Positions 1 to 10,700 of a stretch of 64,000 nt of DNA are shown here, piece by piece. Position 1 is the stretch's first letter, and the number at the start of each line of letters is the position of its first letter. Position numbers and translations under genes: made by a program. The notes under the pieces were generated by a model. That model was not told the DNA's origin, made no database searches, and was given only the letters and a program-made list of their open reading frames with translations. The DNA is from Lama guanicoe (lineage: Eukaryota): contig MU053588.1 of the NCBI GenBank assembly GCA_013239625.1, forward strand, positions 3,314,799 to 3,378,798, in the 5' to 3' direction.

Positions 1-59
1 AATATCAGGTTGAATTCTATGAAATCGCTCTCTTGTAAGAAAAAGCCAGTTGATGATTG

Positions 60-600
60 GCAATTCTCCTATGGTTCATCTTAGTGTTAAAAGGTAAATG
101 ATAAAAGGGTCAATGAACTGGATGGGATTTTGAATCTGACTTGGATGTGAACGTGAGGAAGAGGCTGTCAGGCTGGGGGCCATTTTTCTCGACTTGATTG
201 CCGATCGGATGCAGATGCTACTTTGGGGAGAGGAAACCCAGGTGTGTGTGTTGGGGAGGCATGATGGGGAAGAGGCATGTTCAGGTTGGACTTGTTGATT
301 CCAAGGTGCCTTTGGGACCTCCAGGAGGTAGCTGAATATCTGATCTGAAGCTCAGGAGAGAGGGATAGCTAGAGACAAAGTTGGGAGTTATCAGCAGAGA
401 GAAGATAGTTGTGGGAGGGATGATTCTCTCTGGGAGAGCAGCCGAGATAGTAGAACCAACGGAGTGAGATTCCTAAGATGTGCAGAGGACTTTCAAAAGA
501 TGGTTGTGGCCATGTGCTGCAGATAAAGCAACTTCAATAGAATTGAAAAGTACCTGTTGGATTTAGCAAGGAGGAGGCCCTCAGTGACGGGGGGAACATT
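60..600 (-). mobile_element. L2 LINE fragment (degenerate)
   Basis: Purine-rich L2-type text such as gaagctcaggagagagggatagctagagacaaagttgggagttatcagc. Confidence 0.6.
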
Positions 601-689
601 GATGGAAGTGTCCTGGGCTGGGCTCTGGAGGGGCAGACTAGGCCTCACCTCCGGACTGGCCCTTCATCCTCAGTAATGCATGGCTCCAG

Positions 690-703
690 CCACCAGGGGG
701 CAG
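690..703 (+). promoter_or_regulatory. CTCF core motif (CCACCAGGGGGCAG)
   Basis: Close match to the CTCF core CCACCAGGGGGCGC. Binding is not shown. Confidence 0.6.
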
Positions 704-1269
704 TAGCTACATGGAATCCAGGTCGGAGGGATCTGCTGGGGCCAATAAGCTTGCGGAGAGATGTGGGCTGTGGGCAGGGATTGGGCGGTTGGCTGCAGAG
801 GCTGCTGCCTAGTGGGGAGAAACATCCCAACAGTGAAGGGAGCAGGAAAGAAGTTTTGAAAGTGCAGGGGAGGGAATCCCTTTCCCTGGGGTGGCTGCGG
901 GCAGGTTAGCAATTCTCAGTCCTGTCTTGCAATTTCCCTCTTGTGGGCCCTTGGGGGTGCAGGTGGGGTTTATTCAACATGGTGCTCCCAGTGGTCATGG
1001 CGTTTGTATTTTGGACCTAGATTTTCTCTACTCTCATTTCTTGATAGTCTTACTTTGCATTGTGTGGAGAACTTTTTTCAGTTCTCACCTGCTTCCATGT
1101 AGACGTCCTTCGGTGGAAATGCTTTACCCCCACCCCATCCTTAAGGTCTCATCTCAGGCATCACTTCCTCCTGGATGTCCTCCTTCACTGCCCCATCCAC
1201 CTCGTCTTCTACAGAGGACAGTTTTCCCTATCTTGATCCTTAACATTCTGGCTTATAATTGCTTGTTTA

Positions 1270-1620
1270 TTTATTTATTTTGGTCAGCTTTATTGCAGTA
1301 CAACTTAAATACAATAACACTCACTAGTTTTAAGTGTACAGTTTAATGGGTCGTCACACACACACGGTCACGTAAGTACCACCACAGTCATGATGCAGAA
1401 CATTTCCATTACCCTCCAAAGTTCCCTTCTACCCCTTTGCTACAGTCCCTCCTCCCAATCTCAGCTGCTTTCAACCACTGTTCTGCTTTTCTGTCACTAT
1501 AAGTTGGCTCTGTCTAGAATTTCATATAAATGGAATCCTACAGTAGTAGTCTCCTGTGACAAGCTTCGTTCACTTTACTTTTGGGGTTCATCTGTGTTGC
1601 TGTGTATATCAGTAACTGTG
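1270..1620 (-). mobile_element. Ancient L1M 3' end fragment
   Basis: cagctttattg...ttttaagtgtacagtttaatg...cagaacatttccattaccc...tttcatataaatggaatc is typical of antisense L1M 3' UTRs. Confidence 0.8.
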
Positions 1621-2712
1621 TGTTCATTGTATTTCCCTCCCCCTCCTCCCCGAGATGAGAGTCTCTGTGAGGGTCACCTTTGTGCCTTCAGCTCACAACA
1701 CAGTACGAGCACACAGTAGCACTCAGTGAATGTTTCTTAAAAGAACTGAATCGTATGCTCTGGGAGAGCCAGCCTAAGACAGCTTCTGAACTTTGGATGT
1801 GCATTATGCAGGGAAGGCCCATCTGCAAGATGCCTGTGACCTTCACATAGCCCTCCAGCTGTTCCTCCATTTGCTCTGGCCGTTTCCAGTTAGCAGGCCC
1901 TTCCTCCTCTGCCCCTTTCTAAGCCTCTTCCCTCTACCTGGTCCTTGATTCCCCACTCCTTCCCACCTTTCTGGCCTTAGAAAGTCTCCATACCACTGAG
2001 GAGTCTGCCAGCTCCTCCTCCCACCTCCTCCAGGACCCTCCCCACTGTGGCTGCCTCCACACCTCGGCCTGGCTCTGGGTACCTCTCTCTGAGCCCCAGG
2101 AACCCTTCTCTCTGAGCTCCTTTTAGGATGCTGGAGGCAGCTGGCTATCCCATCCTGGGGAGCTATGTTATGATTTCTCTTACCTCTTCTCTTCTGCTTC
2201 CTGCCATTCCCCTTCATCCCCACTCAAACACCTTCCCATGGGAAGCCCTGTGGGAATCTCTAAATTTTATAAAAGCCAGAACAACCTCTGTCTCTCTGAT
2301 TTCTTTCCCTCACCTCCCTCCCTCTATCTCCCATCCTCTTTCTCTTTTCCCCAGTCCGAGTCCCTCTTCTTGACACCCTCAGTCTGCTCTCTTCTCTTCA
2401 TTCTCCAGTCTGTTCCAATCACCTCCTTTCTCCTCCAGCCTCCCCTTAATTCTCTCCACCCATTTACCACCATTTGTTTTCCCTCTTCCTCGCCCACCCT
2501 CTCCCATCTCCTGTCCTCGGGGCCTCCTTCCTTCCTTCCCTAGGCCCCATTTCACTTCCACTTCTGTTTCTTTCCCTTCTTCTTCCTGCATCACTATCCT
2601 CCTCCTTCTCCCAGTTTCTTCTCTGCCCCTCCATGCCTCCATTTCCCTTATCTTACCCTCTTTATCCTCAGGGGTGAAAGGGAGACCCAAGACTCGTTAC
2701 CCAGACACAGAG

Positions 2713-2714
<2 letters not shown>

Positions 2715-2757
<43 letters not shown>
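2715..2757. repeat. (AC)21 microsatellite
   Basis: Perfect dinucleotide run read directly. Confidence 0.97.
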
Positions 2758-2761
<4 letters not shown>

Positions 2762-4587
2762 GCCATAGATGTGTAAACAGACACTGTGTTAGGGAGCATA
2801 TGCCTCTATCTAGAGGTCCATTCAGATACGCACACACAATTACAAGTATCCAGAGCTTACAGTGTATTGCATATAGTGTATGTCACGTACCGTATTTTTA
2901 CATAAGTTTCTGAAATGTGAACAGGCAGAATGAGGAAGTGTGAGAGCTAAGCACACAATCACACAGGAAGAACCATGTGTGTGCACACCTATACCCTCAC
3001 TCAGACCCACATGCAAACACGTTCCTCAGAGGAGCCCAGTACTTCTGGCACTGGGGCTCTTTCAGAAGCGAGGAGAGCACGCACGTTTTCCCCATGTTGT
3101 GTGCCGGGTCCCATGTACATCTTTGCGTGTGCCTGGTGGTTGGGGTTATGATTCAGGGCTGAGTGGAGCCCTCGAGAGCATTTAGGACAAACTGCACCCA
3201 GAGCTTTCTTGAGTCTCCTCCTGGATCTGCTTCTGGTTGGTCCATGAGGGATGTCAGCTTCTGCTTAATACGGATATTCTGCATAATTAAGAGATACCTA
3301 TCATACGTGGGCAAGGGTCCACCACCTCTCAACATACTGTCCAGGAAGCATCCTGAGATGGACTTCCCATGTATCAAATCAACGTTTTTGGATCCGTAAC
3401 GTTGGTACACGTCTGCTTAGTGTGTACTCATCATGCACATAATTATCACATACTCGGTCATTCTTGGAAGGGATGAGTCCCCACCACATGCTGTCACTTT
3501 GGATGCTAGGGGTGAGGCAGAGCACAGGCCATCCTTGCCTTTGGCCACAGCCTCGGCCTGGAGCCTCCCTTCTAGCAGGCTTTCTCTGTCTGTTGTGCAC
3601 ACACACACTGGGGACTGTCAGGTACATTCCTTGCAGGGTCCGTATTCCTTCTTGCTCCTTCCAGGGTGGGCTGTTCCTGTGTTGTTATACACACACCCTT
3701 TTGGGGGTTCCCTTCTTACCAGTGGGACCCATGTGCCTTTGTATGCAAGCAGGGTGGGAGCTTTTTATGTTAACTTGTGTTATCCGCACACTGAGAACTG
3801 GCTCATGGGCGTCTATCTGGTTCACGCCAGGGAGGCCCATTCCGTCATGTGCCTGTGTTACAGGCACGGGCCATACTGTACTCCCTGCATTCTTTTGTGT
3901 TGTGCACACATAGTGAGGATCCTGGCAAGCTGTTTGGAATACGGCTCTGTGTCCCTGACATTCATGCCCTGTAGGTCTTGTGTGCCTAACTTGTGTGCAG
4001 GTGGGGCAGTTATTTCCTGTATTTATTTGTGTTGTGCACACACAGTGTGGGGCCTGTGTAGGGGTTATTAAATGGTTCCATGTCTCTTATGGACTCACTG
4101 CATAAGTCCCTGTACCTACTTTGTATTCACACTAGGAAGATATTTTTTGCATTTATTTGTGTTGTGCATACAGTGTGGGTCCCAAGAGGCTGCTGCCTAC
4201 AAGGGTTTAGCAGGTAGTTCCATGTCTGTTAAGCACGCTGCACAGGTCCCGTGTACTTACTTTGTACGCCCGCGGGGTAGGTGTTTCCTGTATTTATTTC
4301 TGTTACGCACTTGCAGTGTAGATCGCAGGAGCCTTCTCTGCACACGTGGGCGGTTGGTGATTCTCATGTTTCTCTCGTTCACCCTATGCAAGGGTCCTGT
4401 GTGCCCACTCAGTCCACGCAGGGCAGCTGGGCAGGTAACAAAGCGACGGGCGCCTGCGGAGCCGAGACCTCGTGGCGCGTGCCGGTTTCCTCCTCCTCTT
4501 CTTCCTCCTCCCTCCTCCCCTGAAACCCCATCCCGGTCTGGGTACCACTCGCAGCCCCATCCTTCTCCCCGCACCGCAGCGCCCCTA

Positions 4588-4600
4588 CCAGCAGGGGGCG
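4588..4600 (+). promoter_or_regulatory. CTCF core motif (CCAGCAGGGGGCG)
   Basis: Core match inside a small CpG cluster (about 4430-4610). Confidence 0.6.
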
Positions 4601-4899
4601 GCAGCCACGTGTCCTCCTCAGACCCTGCGCAGACCTACCCCTACCCCAGCCCCCTTTCCTTCCTCTCTCTCCCCAGCCTTATGGTGCCAGGCACAGGGGA
4701 GGTGTTCAGTGACTGGGTCCTGCCCTCCTTGCTCCCCTCCCCTCCCTACAATTCTTGTCTCTCCCCACCTGCTCTCACCTGCTCTTCCCTGCTTGGTGCT
4801 CCCCTAGACCTGCTTTTCACTCTCCAGGTCTCTGCTCTCACCCCAGCCTGCACCTTTCTGCTTTTTGTAGGCTCTGTCTCTTTGTTCCCTTCCCCCACC

Positions 4900-6585
4900 C
4901 CCTCACCTTTTCCAAATTTGACTCTTTATTTCCGAGTCTCCATTTATCTCTTGCTACCTCCGTCTTGTATTTCCCTATGGATCTCTGTCCACCAGGATGC
5001 CTCTTCCAGTGTCTGTCTATCTCCATCTCACCAAATCTCTCTGTCTCCTTCGGTGTCTCCTTTCCTGTCTCTTACAGTCTCTATCCATGTCTCTCTCTGT
5101 ACCTCTGTGTTTCTCTGTGTCTCTGTGTTTCTCTGTGTCATCACTTGACTCTCTAAGTCTCTTTCTCTGCTCTCTGTCTCTCACTGTCTCTGTATTTCTC
5201 CTTGTCTCTTTTTCTGTTTTGGTCTCTGTGGCTCTCTTGGACATTTCCTTCTTTCTGTCTGTTTCTTAAGTTCTCTCTCAGAATCCCTATGTCTAATTCT
5301 CTATGTTTCTGTCTACATCTCACTAATCATCTGTCTCCTTGTCTGCCTCTACCCCTCTGTGCCTCTTTCTCTGTCTCTGTCTCAGTCTCTGCATCTTTTG
5401 GTCTCTGTCAGTGTCTTTCTGGCTTTGCCTCTCTCTCTCTCTGCCTCTTTCTTCATATCTCTCTGACTTTGCACATCTTTCTTATCTCTGTGTCTAACTC
5501 TCTGTGCCTGTCTCTGTCTCTGTCTCTGTGTCTTCCTCTGTCTGTATATCTCCAATTCTGTCTTGCCTCTGCATCCCTACTTCTCTGAGTATGGCTCCTT
5601 CTCCTGTCTCTGATTCTTACATGTCTATCTGTCTTATCTCTGTCTCTGTGTGTGTGTGTCTGTGTCTTTGTCTCTGTCTCTCTCTCTATATGTATATATA
5701 TGACTATTCATATCTGTTGTCTGTGTGTCTGCTTCTTTGTGGCCGTCTTTCTGGCTCTTCATCTCTCTGCATAGATCTCTTCTCCTTATCTCTTTATCTC
5801 TGGATGTCTCTGTGGTTCTTAATGCCTCTCTCTGCTTTCATGTCCCCAACTGCTCTCCCCACCTGTCTTACTCACTCATACCTCCCACATGCCAATATGT
5901 TTCTGTGTGTCTCTGGCATCTCTCTGTCTCTCTTAAGTCTCTTCCTACCTCCATATCCCCTGTATTCCCACCCCTCTCCCTACTCCCTTTCCTTCCTGTA
6001 TTCTGTGTCTCTGTTGTCTCTTTGAGTCTCTGGTCATAGGGCCTCTCCCTGCCTTTGGGTTCCCCTCTGCTCCCCACCACTCTCTCTCTCTGTCCCTGTA
6101 TTTCTGTGTTTCTGTGTGTCTCTGTCTTTGAGCATCTCTTTGTCTCTGTGAGTCTTTCCATGCCCCTCACTCTTCTGTGCTCCCTGCCGTCTTTCTGCTC
6201 CCTTTTCCCCCTGTCTCTGTCTCTGGATGCCTCTGTGTCTCTGGGTGTCTCTGAGTCTCTGGGCCTCAGGGTGGCTCCATGCTTTTGAGTCCTCCTCTGC
6301 TCGTCCTCTCTCTTTCCCTTCTATCTCTTTCTGTGTGTCTCTGTCTATCTCTGTATGTCTCTGTGCTTCTCCTTGTCTCGTTGTCCCCCTCTACTCCCTG
6401 TCCCTCTCCCCTCTCTCTGTCACTGCATCCCTATCTATTTCACCCTATCTCTGCATCTCTCTGTCTCTGTGTATCTCTGTGTCTCTATGAGTCGCGGGCC
6501 TCTCCCTGCCTCCGTGTCCCCTGCGCTCCCCGCCCTCTCCCTCTCCCTCTCTCCCCCCTCGCTCTCTCGCTCGCGCTCTCTCTCT
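4900..6585 (+). repeat. Long pyrimidine-rich low-complexity tract (TCTC/TGTC/CTCTG)
   Basis: About 1.7 kb dominated by C and T on the + strand, ending at the CpG island. Confidence 0.9.
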
Positions 6586-7720
6586 GAGCATCCTTGGGCC
6601 CGGGGTTGCCATGGGGACAAGGTGGGAGCCGGGGATGGCGCGCGCCTGGGCTCGCGCCGGCAGCTCAGGCGAGGAGCAGCGGCCAGAGCAGCGCCAGCAG
6701 CAGGCAGCGAGCGGGCGCGGGAGCGGGAGCGGGAGCGGGGGTAGCGTTGGCGGCGGCGGCTCCTCCTCGGCCATCCCCTCGGAGCCGTGCAGCTGACGCG
6801 CATGGCGAAGACAGCGGCGCCTACCGATGGGAGCAGCGGTAAGGCAAGGCGGCGCGGCGCAGCCGGGCGGGCGGGCGGCGGGCAGCCTCCTCCTCTCCCC
6901 AGCTCGCCTGCGCGCCGCCCGCCTGCCCTCCCTTCCTCCCTCTCCCCTCGCAGCCCCTGCCCGCCCGCCCGCGCCGCGCTCGCCCTTCCATTTAAAAATC
7001 TTTAAAACTTTGCATATTAATATCTGCGCTTTGCATAATCTGGCCCGCGCTTTATTGATTGCAAGAAGCTTAATGCAGCCGGCTCGGCCTATTGCAGAGA
7101 GCTCTCCGGGCGGGAGCCGAGCGGGCGCCGCTCGCTCCGCACCGCGCTCCGGCTGCCCGCCGCCGCTGCGGCCCCGGCCCTTTCGCCTCCCTCTCGGCGC
7201 CCAGTCGGGGCTTTGCCCCTGGCTGGGTATTTTTATTATTGGGGGGCGGGGGGGTGGGCTGGCTGTCAGTGGTAATGAGGAAACGAAAGGAATGATGGGG
7301 GGGTGGGGAAGGATGGGAAGAAATGAGGACGTAGAGGAGGTGAAGAGGGAGAGAAAAAGGGGAGAAGGGGCAAGAAGAAATGGGAAAGGAGAGGTGTGGA
7401 GGAGGAGGCAGCAGAGAGAGGAGAGAGCAGTCGACTGAGGACGGAGCTGAAAGGACGGAGCAGAGCGGAGGCAGAGAAGAGAAAGGAGGGAGGCGAGAGG
7501 AGCGCAGACTAGAGAAAGAGCGGACGGCCGGGGAGCTGGCGGAGACCCGGCGATAGGCGCTTCGTCGCTGCCGCCCCCAGGCCAAAAAATAAAGAAAAGG
7601 GGGGAAAATAATACCAATAAAAAGGCGAAAATAAAACACATCGCAGCCGGGGCCATCTGCGCCCGGCTGGCTTCGGCGCTTTGGAGAGGCTCACTGGGCT
7701 GGGCGGGATCCCCATTGTGG
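6490..7720. promoter_or_regulatory. CpG island / distal POU2F2 promoter candidate
   Basis: Abrupt high density of CG dinucleotides and GC-rich sequence around the 6802 exon, against CpG-depleted flanks. Confidence 0.85.
6802..6838 (+). CDS. POU2F2: Candidate distal alternative first coding exon of POU2F2 (MAKTAAPTDGSS + 1 nt)
   Basis: cgcATGG start inside a CpG island, 12 codons plus G, then the donor CG|GTAAGG at 6839. The phase-1 end matches the phase-1 start of exon 2 (G|AA ATA AGA ATG = E-I-R-M). Splicing is inferred, not observed. Confidence 0.7.
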
Positions 7721-10700
7721 ACCCTGCATTTGGGGAAGGGGCGACTGTGGAGAAAACGAGGCGAGAGGGGGTCAGGGCTGGTGGTGGTGCTGCCTTTTTT
7801 TTTTTTCTTTCCTGGGGGTGTGGGGGCCGGTGTAGGGTGATCATGGTGAGGATATTGGTTGGTGATGCTGTCTGAAGCTCGGAAGGAAGCAGGGTGCATG
7901 GGGGGAGAGGTAAGAGGGCATGGGGAATGAGATAGGGCTGGGGGTGGGGATGAGGGGCAAGGGAAAGAAACGGGGTGCCTCGGACTGCTGGAAGGGTGGA
8001 AGCTGGGAGAGGGAGTAGCTGGGATAGGGCTCCGAGGCAGCGGTGTATTCGGCAGGAGAGGCAGGCAGCGGAGCTCCAGGGCCCGGGAGTGATGTTGGGG
8101 AGCCAAGGTGCGCCCCTCAGCTCTCTGGGCAAAGTCTATAACTTGGGGAACCCCTTTGGCTGCCTCCTCCTGCCTCTTTGCTCCCTTCTCTTTTCTTCCT
8201 CTCATCCTTCCCTGGCTCCTTTTTCTCCATCTCCTTTGCCGATTTCTCTTTCTCCCTGTTTTCCAGCTTCTCTGTCTCTTCCTCCTCTTAATAAAAGCTT
8301 TCTCTCCCCCACTCCTCAGGTTTTCTTTTCTTTCTTTTCCATCTTCCTTTTCTCCACCCCTCCCTTTCTTTTTCTCTCTTTTTCCCCTTCTCCTTTCTCC
8401 TTTTCTCTCGTTCTCTCTCCCTGCCAGTCATTTCTCCTGCCCCTCTTCCTTTCCACCCCCTCCCTTAGTTTCATTTATTCATCACTTTTGTAGCATTGGC
8501 CTTGAACAGCGTGCCAGGGAGAGGGGCTCTGTGCAGAGACAGGACTCCCCCAAGTTTCCCCAGAGCCTAACCCCTGTTCTGCACCATTATGTATTTCTAC
8601 CCTCTTTTATCCCTATTGGGGGCTTGGATCTGCCCAGGGGGTTCTAGCACCACCCCGTATTTCCTCTGGCCTCCTGGAGAAGTCCTGCTGGATGCTCACT
8701 GGGGCCATGGGAGGGGGAGGGGAAGACTTTAAGTGAGGGCTCATGACTATGGACTCAGCTCCACTGAGAGAAGGGTGTGGACGGAGAAGAAAATGACATG
8801 GATTGCTAGTGGAAAGTGAAAAGGGGAGGTGGTTGGGGTGGAGGTCCAACTGAGAGGGTCCTCAGAGCTTTTGCACCCGTGGTAAAGATCTGAAGAGAAA
8901 GCCTATGGCCCGCTGACCACTCCCTGCTTTCTCCCTCCATCCTGGGGCCTGCAGAGTTGGGGAGCAGGTCCTGGATTTAGAGAAATACCCAGAGAGATGC
9001 TTAACTCAGTAGCTTTTAGTCTCTTACCATCCTGTTAGGTGAATTTGCCCCCTCCCCCAGGGCATGAAGGGAGAGCATGGCGTCAGTGGGGGGCTGGCGA
9101 GTACAGTCAGACCATGGCGGCAGAGTGCATGTGTACACGGCCTGCATGCGTTTCAAGGGGCGTTCAGGACAGACTGACTGTGTGCCAGGCTTGGGAGCCT
9201 TGGCAGAGTGAAGAGCCAAAGGTGTGAAATCATGACATGTGTGTCCAGCTGGGGGCTGGTATTGGGGGTTCCCACTGTGGGTGACATGTGTGCAGGAGGG
9301 AGTGGGCGCGTGTATTTATCCTGTAAGGTCCTTCCCTTGTCTCGATGATCATGGAGCCCTCGCTGCATGTGTGCTCGGGAGGCACTCTCTGGCTCTGTGC
9401 GCGGTGGCCGTCCATGCGTGTGCATGTCTGTGTGCCAAGTCTGGCATTTGTGGTGGGTACGTCAACCTGTACATACAGTGTGGTTGGCGTAGAGGCTTTG
9501 CGTGCAAGGACTAGGTCTGACCGTGGTGTGCGCCACTAGAGGACACATGAAATAAAGTCACATACATGAAAATAACCATTTTGACATAGAGCTATTATTG
9601 TTGTTGTTGTTGTTATTATTCTTGTTAGGTGTCTCTGGGTCTCTGTGTGTTCTGGGTCAGAGGGAGGGTGGGTTTGTGAAGCAGGGTCCAAGTGCATTGA
9701 TGAGAAATGTGCTCAGAGGTCGCGGGAGTATGGTGGGTTTGGCAGGATGCTTGCACAGCAACCTTGAAGCTGGGTTCAAGAAAACAAAACAAGAAAAGAC
9801 CCCCCCTCCCCGAAGTCTGTCAGCCCGCAGAAACCTTCCTTGGCTCTTTCGTAGTAACAAAGCATCCCATGTCAGGGTGGCAGGCGGATCAGGAGGGAAG
9901 TTGATCAAGGCCACAGACAGCATCTCCAATTGCTGGTAATGTGATCCCACGTCCACTTCCTGATTTCTGGGTAATGCTGGACAGAAGCCCATCCGTGTCC
10001 ATTGGAAAGGTCCAGATCCCCATTTCCTTTAGGCTGCTGGCCAACCCTCTGGCCAGTTACAATGCCATCCTTGGGGGCCTTGGTTACCCTCACTTCCTTC
10101 TTTCAGTCTTTGTAGGGAAAATGGAGGGTGTCTGTTGCAGGGACCATGGTGGGGAAAGAACTCAGCCACAGTGTGTGTGTGTGTGAGATGAGGGTTAGTC
10201 CATACATTCTAAACAGCTTCCTTGCCAGATTTTTTTCCAGTGGGTTCACCACTGGCCACTCCAGGCCACCTGCATTCTAGTTCATACACACTGGCTCCTT
10301 GCATACAGGAGCCACATTGGCTTACCTCACCAATGTGACAGCCAGGCTTGGGGCCCCAACCTCAGCATCCCCCTGGATAGAGCTTGTCAGAGCCTGGTGC
10401 ATAATCTTAGTGTGTGATGGCATGACCTGGGACGAGGGACAGATGGCCTCACCCGGGGGCAAGGGAACAGTTTCCCTGTCTGGCATGTGCTGGTTAATTT
10501 CTAGTATTTTTTTCAGGATTGAAATGACTGAGAAACTTGGCTTTAGAGGATTGTTAGAGGAGAGAGTGAGTGTGGGGTCTCCTCAGACTGGGATCTGTTC
10601 TTTCTTCTAAATATACATCACTTATTATTTTTCCTTTGGGCCCAACACCTCCTGATCTAATAATAATAATAATGACAATGACGACATCCCTTACATCCAC

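Noticed and set aside
4072..6170. Cluster of Leu/Ser/Cys/Val-rich ORFs resembling membrane proteins
   Set aside because: These are translations of the TCTC/TGTC low-complexity tract, which lacks stop codons by composition.
6445..8205. 586-aa minus-strand ORF across the CpG island
   Set aside because: Low-complexity Pro/Arg/Ala/Ser translation with no recognisable domain. Long stop-free frames are expected in GC-rich and purine/pyrimidine-skewed DNA.
9780..9980. Possible enhancer pocket (TTGATCAA palindrome, TGTCA cores)
   Set aside because: The motifs are too short and sparse to distinguish from chance without conservation data.
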